Shown piece after piece: positions 22,201 to 34,600 of a stretch of DNA of 64,000 nucleotides; position 1 is the first letter of the stretch, and each line of letters starts with the position of its first letter. The notes under the pieces are model-generated. The model saw only the letters and a list, made by a program, of their open reading frames with translations. It was not told where the DNA came from and ran no database searches. Origin of the DNA: Eledone cirrhosa (lineage: Eukaryota); assembly GCA_964016885.1 (NCBI GenBank), contig OZ024743.1, positions 134,602,001 to 134,666,000 of the forward strand, written 5' to 3'. A program made the position numbers and the translations under genes.

Positions 22201-25200
22201 TGTTTGCTGTTTGGTGCTTGGTGCTTGGTGTTTGGTGCATGGTGCTTGGTGCTTGGTGCTTGGTGTTTCGTGCTTGGTGCTTGGTGTTTCGTGCTTGGGG
22301 CTTGGTGCTTGGTGTTTGGTGCTTGGTGTTTGGTGTTTGTTGCTTGGTGCGTGTTTTTTGGTGTTTGGTGCTTGGTGTTTGCTGTTTGGTGCTTGGTGCT
22401 TGGTGTTTGGTGCTTGGTGCTTGGTGCTTGGTGCTTGGTGCTTGGTGTTTGGTGCTTGGTGGTTGGTGCTTGGTGTTTGGTGCTTGGTGCTTGGTGTTTG
22501 GTGTTTGGCGCTTGGTGCTTGGTGTTTGGTGCTTGGTGCTTGGTGTTAGGTGTTTGGTGCTTGGTGTTTGGTGCTTGGAGCTTGGTGCTTGGTTTTTGGT
22601 GCTTGGTGCTTGGTGCTTGGTGCTTGGTGTCTTGTGCTTGGTGCTTGGTGTTTGGTGTTTGGTGTTTGGTGTTTGGTGCTTGGTACTTGTTGTTTTGTGT
22701 TTGGTGTTTGGTGCTTGGTGGTTGGTGTTTGGTGCTTGGTGCTTGATGCTTGGTGCTTGGTGCTTGGTGTTTGGTGTTTGGTGCTTGGTGCTTGGTGTTT
22801 GGTGATTGGTGCTTGGTACTTGGTGTTTGGTGCTCGGTGCTTGGTGCTTGGTGTTTCGTGCTTGGTGCTTGGTGTTTGGTCTTTGGCGCTTGGTGCTTGG
22901 TGTTTGATGATTGGTGTTTGGTGCTTGGTTTTTGGAGTTTGGTGCTTGGTGCTTGGTGTTTGGTGTTTGGTGATTGGTGCTTGGTGTTTGGTGCTTGGGA
23001 TTTGGTGCTTGGTGCTTGGTGTTTGGTGTTTGGAGTTTTGTACTTGGTGCTTGGTGTTTGGTGTTTGGTGCTTGGTGCTTGGTGTTTGGTGTTTAGTGCT
23101 TGGTGCTTGGTTCTTGGTGTTTGGTGCTCGGTGCTTGGTGCTTGGTGTTTGGTGCTTGGTCCTTGGTGCTTGGTGCTTGGTGTTTGGTGTTTGGTGCTTG
23201 GTGCTTGGTGTTTGGTGCTTGGGGCTTGGTGATTGGTGTTTGGTGCTTGGTGTTTGGTGCTTGGTGCTTGGTGCTAGGTGTTTGGTGTTTGGTGCTTGGC
23301 GCTTGGTGCTTGGTGTTTGGTGATTGGTGCTTGGTGTTTGGTGTTTGGTGCTTGGTGCTTGGTGTTTGGTGTTTGGTGCTTGGCGCTTGGTGTTTGGTGT
23401 TTGGTGCCTGGCGTTTGCTGTTTGGCGTTTGGAGTTTGGCATTTGCTGTTTGGCGTATGGGGTTTGGCGTTTGCTTTTTGGCGTTTGCTGTTTGGTGTTT
23501 GGTGCTTGGTGTTTGGTGTTTGGTGCTTGGTGCTTGGTGTTTGGTGTTTAGTGCTTGGTGCTTGGTTCTTGGTGTTTGGTGCTCGGTGCTTGGTGCTTGG
23601 TGTTTGGTGTTTGGTGCTTGGTGCTTGGTGTTTGGTGTTTAGTGCTTGGTGCTTGGTTCTTGGTGTTTGGTGTTCGGTGCTTGGCGTTTGCTGTTTGGCG
23701 TTTGGGGTTTGGCATTTGCTGTTTGGCGTATGGGGTTTGGCGTTTGCTTTTTGGCGTTTGCTGTTTGGTGTTTGGTACTTGGTGTTTGGTGTTTGGTACT
23801 TGGTGCTTGGTGCTTGGTGCTTGGTGCTTGGTGCTTGGTGTTTGGTGTTTGGTGCTTGGCGCTTGGTGTTTGGCGTTTGGCGCTTGGCGTTTGCTGTTTG
23901 GCGTTTGGGGTTTGGCATTTACTGTTTGGCGTTTGGGGTTTGGCGTTTGCTTTTTGGCATTTGCTGTTTGGTGTTTGGTGTTTGGTGTTTGGTGTTTGGT
24001 GATTGGTGCTTGGTGTTTGGAGTTTAGAGCTTGGTGCTTGGTTCTTGGTGTTTGGTGCTCGGTGCTTGGTGCTTGGTGTTTGGTGCTTGGTGCTTGGTTC
24101 TGGGTGCTTGGTGCTTGGTGTTTGGTGTTTGGTGCTTGGCGCTTGGTGTTTGGTGCTTGGGGCTTGGTGATTGGTGTTTGGTACTTGGTGTTTGGTGCTT
24201 GGTGCTTGGTGCTAGGTGTTTGGTGTTTGGTGCTTGGCGCTTGGTGCTTGGTGTTTGGTGATTGGTGCTTGGTGTTTGGTGTTTGGTGCTTGGTGCTTGG
24301 TGTTTGGTGTTTGGTGTTTGGTGCTTGGCGTTTGCTGTTTGGCGTTTGGGGTTTGGCATTTGCTGTTTGGCGTATGGGGTTTGGCGTTTGCTTTTTGGCG
24401 TTTGCTGTTTGGTGTTTGGTGCTTGGTGCTTGGTGCTTGGTGTTTGGTGTTTGGTGCTTGGCACTTGGTGTTTGGCGTTTGGCGCTTGGCGTTTGCTGTT
24501 TGGCGTTTGGGGTTTGGCATTTGCTGTTTGGCGTTTGGGGTTTGGCGTTTGCTTTTTGGCATTTGCTGTTTGGTGTTTGGTGTTTGGTGTTTGCTGTTTG
24601 GTGTTTGCTGTTTGGTGTTTGCTGTTTGGTGTTTGGTGTTTGGTGTTTGCTGGTTGGTGTTTGGTGTTTGGTGTTTGCTGTTTGGTGTTTGCTGTTTGGT
24701 GCTTGGTGTTTGGTGCATGGTGCTTGGTGCTTCGTGCTTGGTGTTTGGTGCTTGGTGCTTGGTGTTTGGTGCTTGGGGCTTGGTGCTTGGTGTTTGGTGT
24801 TTGGTGTTTGGTGCTTGGTGCTTGGTGTTTGGTGTTTGGTGCTTGGTGTTTGCTGTTTGGTGCTTGGTGCTTGGTGTTTGGTGCTTGGTGCTTGGTGCTT
24901 GGTGCTTGGTGCTTGGTGTTTGGTGCTTGGTGCTTGGTGCTTGGTGCTTGGTGCTTGGTGTTTGGTGTTTAGTGCTTGGTGCTTGGTGTTTGGTGTTTGG
25001 TGCATGGTGCTTGGTGTCTGGTGCTTGGCGCTTGGTGCTTGGTGTTTGGTGATTGGTGCTTGGTGTTTGGTGTTTGGTGCTTGGTGCTTGGTGTTTGGTG
25101 TTTGGTGCTTGGCGCTTGGTGTTTGGTGTTTGGTGCTTGGCGTTTGCTGTTTGGCGTTTGGGGTTTGGCATTTGCTGTTTGGCGTATGGGGTTTGGCGTT

Positions 25201-27150
25201 TGCTTTTTGGCGTTTGCTGTTTGGTGTATGGTGTTTGGTGCTTGGTGCTTGGTGCTTGGTGCTTGGTGTTTGGTGTTTGGTGCTTGGTGCTTGGTGTTTG
25301 GTGTTTGGTGCTTGGTGCTTGGTGCTTGGTGTTTGGTGCTTGGGGCTTGGTGATTGGTGTTTGGTGCTTGGTGCTTGGTGCTTGGTGCTTGGTGCTTGGT
25401 GTTCGGTGCTTGGTGCTTGGTGCTAGGTGTTTGGTGTTTGGTGTTTGGCGCTTGGTGCTTGGTGTTTGGTGATTGGTGCTTGGTGTTTGGTGTTTGGTGC
25501 TTGGTGCTTGGTGCTTGGTGTTTGGTGTTTGGTGCTTGGAGCTTGGTGTTTGGTGTTTGGTGCTTGGTGCTTTGTTCTGGGTGCTTGGTGCTTGGTGTTT
25601 GGTGTTTGGTGCTGGGTGCTTGGTGTTTGGTGCTTGGGGCTTGGTGATTGGTGTTTGGTGCTTGGTGCTTGGTGCTTGGTGCTTGGTGTTTGGTGCTTGG
25701 TGTTTGGTGCTTGGTGCTTGGTGATAGGTGTTTGGTGTTTGGTGTTTGGCGCTTGGTGTTTGGTGTTTGGTGATCGGTGCTTGGTGTTTGGTGTTTGGTG
25801 CTTGGTGCTTGGTGTTTGGTGTTTGGTGCTTGGCGCTTGGTGTTTGGTGTTTGGTGCTTGGCGTTTGCCGTTTGGCATTTGGGGTTTGGCATTTGCTGTT
25901 TGGCGTATGGGGTTTGGCGTTTGCTTTTTTGCGTTTGCTGTTTGGTGTTTGGTGCTTGGTGTTTGGTGTTTGGTACTTGGTGCTTGGTGTTTGGTGTTTG
26001 GTGCTTGGTGCTTGGTGTTTGGTGTTTGGTGCTTGGCGCTTGGTGTTTGGTGTTTTGTGCTTGGCGTTTGCTGTTTGGCGTTTGGGTTTGGCATTTGCTG
26101 TTTGGCGTTTTGAGTTTGGCGTTTGCTTTTTGGCGTTTGCTGTTTGGTGTTTGCTGTTTGGTGTTTGCTGTTTGGTGTTTGCTGTTTGGTGTTTGCTGTT
26201 TGGTGTTTGCTGTTTGGTGCTTGGTGCTTGGTGTTTGGTGCATGGTGCTTGGTGCTTGGTGCTTGGTGTTTCGTGCTTGGTGCTTGGTGTTTCGTGCTTG
26301 GGGCTTGGTGCTTGGTGTTTGGTGCTTGGTGTTTGGTGTTTGTTGCTTGGTGCTTGGTGTTTGGTGTTTGGTGCTTGGTGTTTGCTGTTTGGTGCTTGGT
26401 GCTTGGTGTTTGGTGCTTGGTGCTTGGTGCTTGGTGCTTGGTGCTTGGTGTTTGGTGCTTGGTGGTTGGTGCTTGGTGTTTGGTGCTTGGTGCTTGGTGT
26501 TTGGTGTTTGGCGCTTGGTGCTTGGTGTTTGGTGCTTGGTGCTTGGTGTTTGGTGTTTGGTGCTTGGTGTTTGGTGCTTGGAGCTTGGTGCTTGGTTTTT
26601 GGTGCTTGGTGCTTGGTGCTTGGTGCTTGGTGTCTTGTGCTTGGTGCTTGGTGTTTGGTGTTTGGTGTTTGGTGTTTGGTGTTTGGTACTTGTTGTTTTG
26701 TGTTTGGTGTTTGGTGCTTGGTGTTTGGTGTTTGGTGCTTGGTGCTTGATGCTTGGTGCTTGGTGCTTGGTGTTTGGTGTTTGGTGCTTGGTGCTTGGTG
26801 TTTGGTGATTGGTGCTTGGTACTTGGTGTTTGGTGCTCGGTGCTTGGTGCTTGGTGTTTCGTGCTTGGTGCTTGGTGTTTGGTCTTTGGCGCTTGGTGCT
26901 TGGTGTTTGGTGCTTGGTACTTGGTGTTTGGTGTTTGGCGTTTGGTGTTTGGTGCTTGGTGCTTGGTGCTTGGTTTTTGGAGTTTGGTGCTTGGTGCTTG
27001 GTGTTTGGTGTTTGGTGATTGGTGCTTGGTGTTTGGTGCTTGGGATTTGGTGCTTGGTGCTTGGTGTTTGGTGTTTGGAGTTTTGTACTTGGTGCTTGGT
27101 GTTTGGTGTTTGGTGCTTGGTGCTTGGTGTTTGGTGTTTAGTGCTTGGTG
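18250..27150 (+). repeat. Rearranged HOR-A copies: ~18250-21090 repeated at +6,060 bp (~24310-27150); ~21100-24300 matches ~13500-16700 at +7,600 bp
   Basis: Pseudo-ORF pairs 18916/24976, 19363/25423 and 20749/26809 are offset by 6,060, and share the private variant GGTGATC at 19709/25769. Pairs 13820/21420, 15150/22750, 15674/23274 and 16431/24031 are offset by 7,600. Boundaries are approximate. Confidence 0.8.
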
Positions 27151-30100
27151 CTTGGTTCTTGGTGTTTGGTGATCGGTGCTTGGTGCTTGGTGTTTGGTGC
27201 TTGGTCCTTGGTGCTTGGTGCTTGGTGTTTGGTGTTTGGTGCTTGGTGCTTGGTGTTTGGTGCTTGGGGCTTGGTGATTGGTGTTTGGTGCTTGGTGTTT
27301 GGTGCTTGGTGCTTGGTGCTAGGTGTTTGGTGTTTGGTGCTTGGCGCTTGGTGCTTGGTGTTTGGTGATTGGTGCTTGGTGTTTGGTGTTTGGTGCTTGG
27401 TGCTTGGTGTTTGGTGTTTGGTGCTTGGCGCTTGGTGTTTGGTGTTTGGTGCCTGTCGTTTGCTGTTTGGCGTTTGGAGTTTGGCATTTGCTGTTTGGCA
27501 TATGGGGTTTGGCGTTTGCTTTTTGGCGTTTGCTGTTTGGTGTTTGGTGCTTGGTGTATGGTGTTTGGTGCTTGGTGCTTGGTGTTTGGTGTTTAGTGCT
27601 TGGTGCTTGGTTCTTGGTGTTTGGTGCTCGGTGCTTGGTGCTTGGTGTTTGGTGCTTGGTGCTTGGTTCTGGGTGCTTGGTGCTTGGTGTTTGGTGTTTG
27701 GTGCTTGGTGCTTGGTGTTTGGTGCTTGGGGCTTGGTGATTGGTGTTTGGTACTTGGTGTTTGGTGCTTGGTGATTGGTGCTAGGTGTTTGGTGTTTGGT
27801 GCTTGGCGCTTGGTGCTTGGTGTTTGGTGATTGGTGCTTGGTGTTTGGTGTTTGGTGCTTGGTGCTTGGTGTTTGGTGTTTGGTGCTTGGCGCTTGGTGT
27901 TTGGTGTTCGGTGCTTGGCGTTTGCTGTTTGGCGTTTGGGGTTTGGCATTTGCTGTTTGGCGTATGGGGTTTGGCGTTTACTTTTTGGCGTTTGCTGTTT
28001 GGTGTTTGGTGTTTGGTGTTTGCTGTTTGGTGTTTGCTGTTTGGTGTTTGCTGTTTGGTGTTTGGTGTTTGGTGTTTGCTGGTTGGTGTTTGGTGTTTGG
28101 TGTTTGCTGTTTGGTGTTTGCTGTTTGGTGCTTGGTGCTTGGTGTTTGGTGCATGGTGCTTGGTGCTTCGTGCTTGGTGTTTGGTGCTTGGTGCTTGGTG
28201 TTTGGTGCTTGGGGCTTGGTGCTTGGTGTTTGGTGTTTGGTGTTTGGTGCTTGGTGCTTGGTGTTTGGTGTTTGGTGCTTGGTGTTTGCTGTTTGGTGCT
28301 TGGTGCTTGGTGTTTGGTGCTTGGTGCTTGGTGCTTGGTGCTTGGTGTTTGGTGCTTGGTGCTTGGTGTTTGGTGTTTGGTGCTTGGTGTTTGGTGCTTG
28401 GAGCTTGGTGCTTGGTTTTTGGTGCTTGGTGCTTGGTGCTTGGTGCTTGGTGTCTTGTGCTTGGTGCTTGGTGTTTGGTGTTTGGTGTTTGGTGTTTGGT
28501 GCTTGGTACTTGTTGTTTTGTGTTTGGTGTTTGGTGCTTGGTGGTTGGTGTTTGGTGCTTGGTGCTTGATGCTTGGTGCTTGGTGCTTGGTGTTTGGTGT
28601 TTGGTGCTTGGTGCTTGGTGTTTGGTGATTGGTGCTTGGTACTTGGTGTTTGGTGCTCGGTGCTTGGTGCTTGGTGTTTCGTGCTTGGTGCTTGGTGTTT
28701 GGTCTTTGGCGCTTGGTGCTTGGTGTTTGGTGCTTGGTACTTGGTGTTTGGTGTTTGGCGTTTGGTGTTTGGTGCTTGGTGCTTGGTGCTTGGTTTTTGG
28801 AGTTTGGTGCTTGGTGCTTGGTGTTTGGTGTTTGGTGATTGGTGCTTGGTGTTTGGTGCTTGGGATTTGGTGCTTGGTGCTTGGTGTTTGGTGTTTGGAG
28901 TTTTGTACTTGGTGCTTGGTGTTTGGTGTTTGGTGCTTGGTGCTTGGTGTTTGGTGTTTAGTGCTTGGTGTTTGGTTCTTGGTGTTTGGTGCTCGGTGCT
29001 TGGTGCTTGGTGTTTGGTGCTTGGTCCTTGGTGCTTGGTGCTTGGTGTTTGGTGTTTGGTGCTTGGTGCTTGGTGTTTGGTGCTTGGGGCTTGGTGATTG
29101 GTGTTTGGTGCTTGGTGTTTGGTGCTTGGTGCTTGGTGCTAGGTGTTTGGTGTTTGGTGCTTGGCGCTTGGTGCTTGGTGTTTGGTGATTGGTGCTTGGT
29201 GTTTGGTGTTTGGTGCTTGGTGCTTGGTGTTTGGTGTTTGGTGCTTGGCGCTTGGTGTTTGGTGTTTGGTGCCTGGCGTTTGCTGTTTGGCGTTTGGAGT
29301 TTGGCATTTGCTGTTTGGCATATGGGGTTTGGCGTTTGCTTTTTGGCGTTTGCTGTTTGGTGTTTGGTGCTTGGTGTATGGTGTTTGGTGCTTGGTGCTT
29401 GGTGTTTGGTGTTTAGTGCTTGGTGCTTGGTTCTTGGTGTTTGGTGCTCGGTGCTTGGTGCTTGGTGTTTGGTGCTTGGTGCTTGGTTCTGGGTGCTTGG
29501 TGCTTGGTGTTTGGTGTTTGGTGCTTGGTGCTTGGTGTTTGGTGCTTGGGGCTTGGTGATTGGTGTTTGGTACTTGGTGTTTGGTGCTTGGTGCTTGGTG
29601 CTAGGTGTTTGGTGTTTGGTGCTTGGCGCTTGGTGCTTGGTATTTGGTGATTGGTGCTTGGTGTTTGGTGTTTGGTGCTTGGTGCTTGGTGTTTGGTGTT
29701 TGGTGCTTGGCGCTTGGTGTTTGATGTTTGGTGCTTGGCGTTTGCTGTTTGGCGTTTGGGGTTTGGCATTTGCTGTTTGGCGTATGGGGTTTGGCGTTTG
29801 CTTTTTGGCGTTTGCTGTTTGGTGTTTGGTGTTTGGTGTTTGCTGTTTGGTGTTTGCTGTTTGGTGTTTGCTGTTTGGTGTTTGGTGTTTGGTGTTTGCT
29901 GGTTGGTGTTTGGTGTTTGGTGTTTGCTGTTTGGTGTTTGCTGTTTGGTGCTTGGTGCTTGGTGTTTGGTGCAAGGTGCTTGGTGCTTCGTGCTTGGTGT
30001 TTGGTGCTTGGTGCTTGGTGTTTGGTGCTTGGGGCTTGGTGCTTGGTGTTTGGTGTTTGGTGTTTGGTGCTTGGTGCTTGGTGTTTGGTGTTTGGTGCTT

Positions 30101-30160
30101 GGTGTTTGCTGTTTGGTGCTTGGTGCTTGGTGTTTGGTGCTTGGTGCTTGGTGCTTGGTG
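26520..30160 (+). repeat. 1,820-bp (260-unit) tandem duplication
   Basis: Pseudo-ORF pairs 26753/28573, 26809/28629, 27145/28965, 27600/29420 and 27831/29651. Shared variant GGCATAT at 27497/29317. Boundaries are approximate. Confidence 0.83.
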
Positions 30161-31699
30161 CTTGGTGCTTGGTGTTTGGTGCTTGGTGCTTGGTGCTTGG
30201 TGCTTGGTGCTTGGTGTTTGGTGTTTAGTGCTTGGTGCTTGGTGTTTGGTGTTTGGTGCTTGGTGCTTGGTGTCTGGTGCTTGGCGCTTGGTGCTTGGTG
30301 TTTGGTGATTGGTGCTTGGTGTTTGGTGTTTGGTGCTTGGTGCTTGGTGTTTGGTGTTTGGTGCTTGGCGCTTGGTGTTTGGTGTTTGGTGCTTGGCGTT
30401 TGCTGTTTGGCGTTTGGGGTTTGGCATTTGCTGTTTGGCGTATGGGGTTTGGCGTTTGCCTTTTGGCGTTTGCTGTTTGGTGTATGGTGTTTGGTGCTTG
30501 GTGCTTGGTGCTTGGTGCTTGGTGTTTGGTGTTTGGTGCTTGGTGCTTGGTGTTTGGTGTTTGGTGCTTGGTGCTTGGTGTTTGGTGCTTGGGGCTTGGT
30601 GATTGGTGTTTGGTGCTTGGTGCTTGGTGCTTGGTGCTTGGTGCTTGGTGTTCGGTGCTTGGTGCTTGGTGCTAGGTGTTTGGTGTTTGGTGTTTGGCGC
30701 TTGGTGCTTGGTGTTTGGTGATTGGTGCTTGGTGTTTGGTGTTTGGTGCTTGGTGCTTGGTGCTTGGTGTTTGGTGTTTGGTGCTTGGAGCTTGGTGTTT
30801 GGTGTTTGGTGCTTGGTGCTTTGTTCTGGGTGCTTGGTGCTTGGTGTTTGGTGTTTGGTGCTGGGTGCTTGGTGTTTGGTGCTTGGGGCTTGGTGATTGG
30901 TGTTTGGTGCTTGGTGCTTGGTGCTTGGTGCTTGGTGTTTGGTGCTTGGTGTTTGGTGCTTGGTGCTTGGTGATAGGTGTTTGGTGTTTGGTGTTTGGCG
31001 CTTGGTGTTTGGTGTTTGGTGATTGGTGCTTGGTGTTTGGTGTTTGGTGCTTGGTGCTTGGTGTTTGGTGTTTGGTGCTTGGCGCTTGGTGTTTGGTGTT
31101 TGGTGCTTGGCGTTTGCCGTTTGGCATTTGGGGTTTGGCATTTGCTGTTTGGCGTATGGGGTTTGGCGTTTGCTTTTTTGCGTTTGCTGTTTGGTGTTTG
31201 GTGCTTGGTGTTTGGTGTTTGGTACTTGGTGCTTGGTGTTTGGTGTTTGGTGCTTGGTGCTTGGTGTTTGGTGTTTGGTGCTTGGCGCTTGGTGTTTGGT
31301 GTTTTGTGCTTGGCGTTTGCTGTTTGGCGTTTGGGTTTGGCATTTGCTGTTTGGCGTTTGGAGTTTGGCGTTTGCTTTTTGGCGTTTGCTGTTTGGTGTG
31401 TTTGCTGTTTGGTGTTTGCTGTTTGGTGTTTGCTGTTTGGTGTTTGCTGTTTGGTGTTTGCTGTTTGGTGCTTGGTGCTTGGTGTTTGGTGCATGGTGCT
31501 TGGTGCTTGGTGCTTGGTGTTTCGTGCTTGGTGCTTGGTGTTTCGTGCTTGGGGCTTGGTGCTTGGTGTTTGGTGCTTGGTGTTTGGTGTTTGTTGCTTG
31601 GTGCTTGGTGTTTGGTGTTTGGTGCTTGGTGTTTGCTGTTTGGTGCTTGGTGCTTGGTGTTTGGTGCTTGGTGCTTGGTGCTTGGTGCTTGGTGCTTGG

Positions 31700-34600
31700 T
31701 GTTTGGTGCTTGGTGGTTGGTGCTTGGTGTTTGGTGCTTGGTGCTTGGTGTTTGGTGTTTGGCGCTTGGTGCTTGGTGTTTGGTGCTTGGTGCTTGGTGT
31801 TTGGTGTTTGGTGATTGGTGTTTGGTGCTTGGAGCTTGGTGCTTGGTTTTTGGTGCTTGGTGCTTGGTGCTTGGTGCTTGGTGTCTTGTGCATGGTGCTT
31901 GGTGTTTGGTGTTTGGTGTTTGGTGTTTGGTGTTTGGTGCTTGGTGGTTGGTGCTTGGTGTTTGGTGCTTGGTGCTTGGTGATTGGTGTTTGGCGCTTGG
32001 TGCTTGGTGTTTGGTGCTTGGTGCTTGGTGTTTGGTGTTTGGTGCTTGGTGTTTGGTGCTTGGAGCTTGGTGCTTGGTTTTTGGTGCTTGGTGCTTGGTG
32101 CTTGGTGCTTGGTGTCTTGTGCTTGGTGCTTGGTGTTTGGCGTTTGGTGTTTGGTGCTTGGTACTTGTTGTTTTGTGTTTGGTGTTTGGTGCTTGGTGGT
32201 TGGTGTTTGGTGCTTGGTGCTTGATGCTTGGTGCTTGGTGTTTGGTGTTTGGTGTTTGGAGCTTGGTGCTTGGTGTTTGGTGATTGGTGCTTGGTACTTG
32301 GTGTTTGGTGCTCGGTGCTTGGTGCTTGGTGTTTCGTGCTTGGTGCTTGGTGTTTGGTCTTTGGCGCTTGGTGCTTGGTGTTTGGTGCTTGGTGTTTGGT
32401 GCTTGGTTTTTGGAGTTTGGTGCTTGGTGCTTGGTGTTTGGTGTTTGGTGATTGGTGCTTGGTGTTTGGTGCTTGGGATTTGGTGCTTGGTGCTTGGTGT
32501 TTGGTGTTTGGAGTTTTGTACTTGGTGCTTGGTGTTTGGTGTTTGGTGCTTGGTGCTTGGTGTTTGGTGTTTAGTGCTTGGTGCTTGGTTCTTGGTGTTT
32601 GGTGCTCGGTGCTTGGTGCTTGGTGTTTGGTGCTTGGTCCTTGGTGCTTGGTGCTTGGTGTTTGGTGTTTGGTGCTTGGTGCTTGGTGTTTGGTGCTTGG
32701 GGCTTGGTGATTGGTGTTTGGTGCTTGGTGTTTGGTGCTTGGTGCTTGGTGCTAGGTGTTTGGTGTTTGGTGCTTGGCGCTTGGTGCTTGGTGTTTGGTG
32801 ATTGGTGCTTGGTGTTTGGTGTTTGGTGCTTGGTGCTTGGTGTTTGGTGTTTGGTGCTTGGCGCTTGGTGTTTGGTGTTTGGTGTCTGGCGTTTGCTGTT
32901 TGGCGTTTGGAGTTTGGCATTTGCTCTTTGGCGTATGGGGTTTGGCGTTTGCTTTTTGGCGTTTGCTGTTTGGTGTTTGGTGCTTGGTGTTTGGTGTTTG
33001 GTGCTTGGTGCTTGGTGTTTGGTGTTTAGTGCTTGGTGCTTGGTTCTTGGTGTTTGGTGCTCGGTGCTTGGTGCTTGGTGTTTGGTGTTTGGTGCTTGGT
33101 GCTTGGTGTTTGGTGTTTAGTGCTTGGTGCTTGTTTCTTGGTGTTTGGTGTTCGGTGCTTGGCGTTTGCTGTTTGGCGTTTGGGGTTTGGCATTTGCTGT
33201 TTGGCGTATGGGGTTTGGCGTTTGCTTTTTGGCGTTTGCTGTTTGGTGTTTGGTGCTTGGTGTTTGAGGTTTGGTACTTGGTGCTTGGTGTTTGATGTTT
33301 GGTGCTTGGTGCTTGGTGTTTGGTGTTTGGTGCTTGGCGCTTGGTGTTTGGCGTTTGGCGCTTGGCGTTTGCTGTTTGGCGTTTGGGGTTTGGCATTTAC
33401 TGTTTGGCGTTTGGGGTTTGGCGTTTGCTTTTTGGCATTTGCTGTTTGGTGTTTGGTGTTTGGTGTTTGGTGTTTGGTGCTTGGTGCTTGGTGTTTGGTG
33501 TTTAGAGCTTGGTGCTTGGTTCTTGGTGTTTGGTGCTCGGTGCTTGGTGCTTGGTGTTTGGTGCTTGGTGCTTGGTTCTGGGTGCTTGGTGCTTGGTGTT
33601 TGGTGTTTGGTGCTTGGCGCTTGGTGTTTGGTGCTTGGGGCTTGGTGATTGGTGTTTGGTACTTGGTGTTTGGTGCTTGGTGCTTGGTGCTAGGTGTTTG
33701 GTGTTTGGTGCTTGGCGCTTGGTGCTTGGTGTTTGGTGATTGGTGCTTGGTGTTTGGTGTTTGCTGCTTGGTGCTTGGTGTTTGGTGTTTGGTGCTTGGC
33801 GCTTGGTGTTTGGTGTTTGGTGCTTGGCGTTTGCTGTTTGGCGTTTGGGGTTTGGCATTTGCTGTTTGGCGTATGGGGTTTGGCGTTTGCTTTTTGGCGT
33901 TTGCTGTTTGGTGTTTGGTGCTTGGTGCTTGGTGCTTGGTGTTTGGTGTTTGGTGCTTGGCACTTGGTGTTTGGCGTTTGGCGCTTGGCGTTTGCTGTTT
34001 GGCGTTTGGGGTTTGGCATTTGCTGTTTGGCGTTTGGGGTTTGGCGTTTGCTTTTTGGCATTTGCTGTTTGGTGTTTGGTGTTTGGTGTTTGCTGTTTGG
34101 TGTTTGCTGTTTGGTGTTTGCTGTTTGGTGTTTGGTGTTTGGTGTTTGCTGGTTGGTATTTGGTGTTTGGTGTTTGCTGTTTGGTGTTTGCTGTTTGGTG
34201 CTTGGTGCAAGGTGTTTGGTGCATGGTGCTTGGTGCTTCGTGCTTGGTGTTTGGTGCTTGGTGCTTGGTGTTTGGTGCTTGGGGCTTGGTGCTTGGTGTT
34301 TGGTGTTTGGTGTTTGGTGCTTGGTGCTTGGTGTTTGGTGTTTGGTGCTTGGTGTTTGCTGTTTGGTGCTTGGTGCTTGGTGTTTGGTGCTTGGTGCTTG
34401 GTGCTTGGTGCTTGGTGCTTGGTGTTTGGTGCATGGTGCTTGGTGCTTGGTGCTTGGTGTTTTGTGCTTGGTGCTTGGTGTTTCGTGCTTGGGGCTTGGT
34501 GCTTGGTGTTTGGTGCTTGGTGTTTGGTGTTTGTTGCTTGGTGCTTGGTGTTTGGTGTTTGGTGCTTGGTGTTTGCTGTTTGGTGCTTGGTGCTTGGTGT

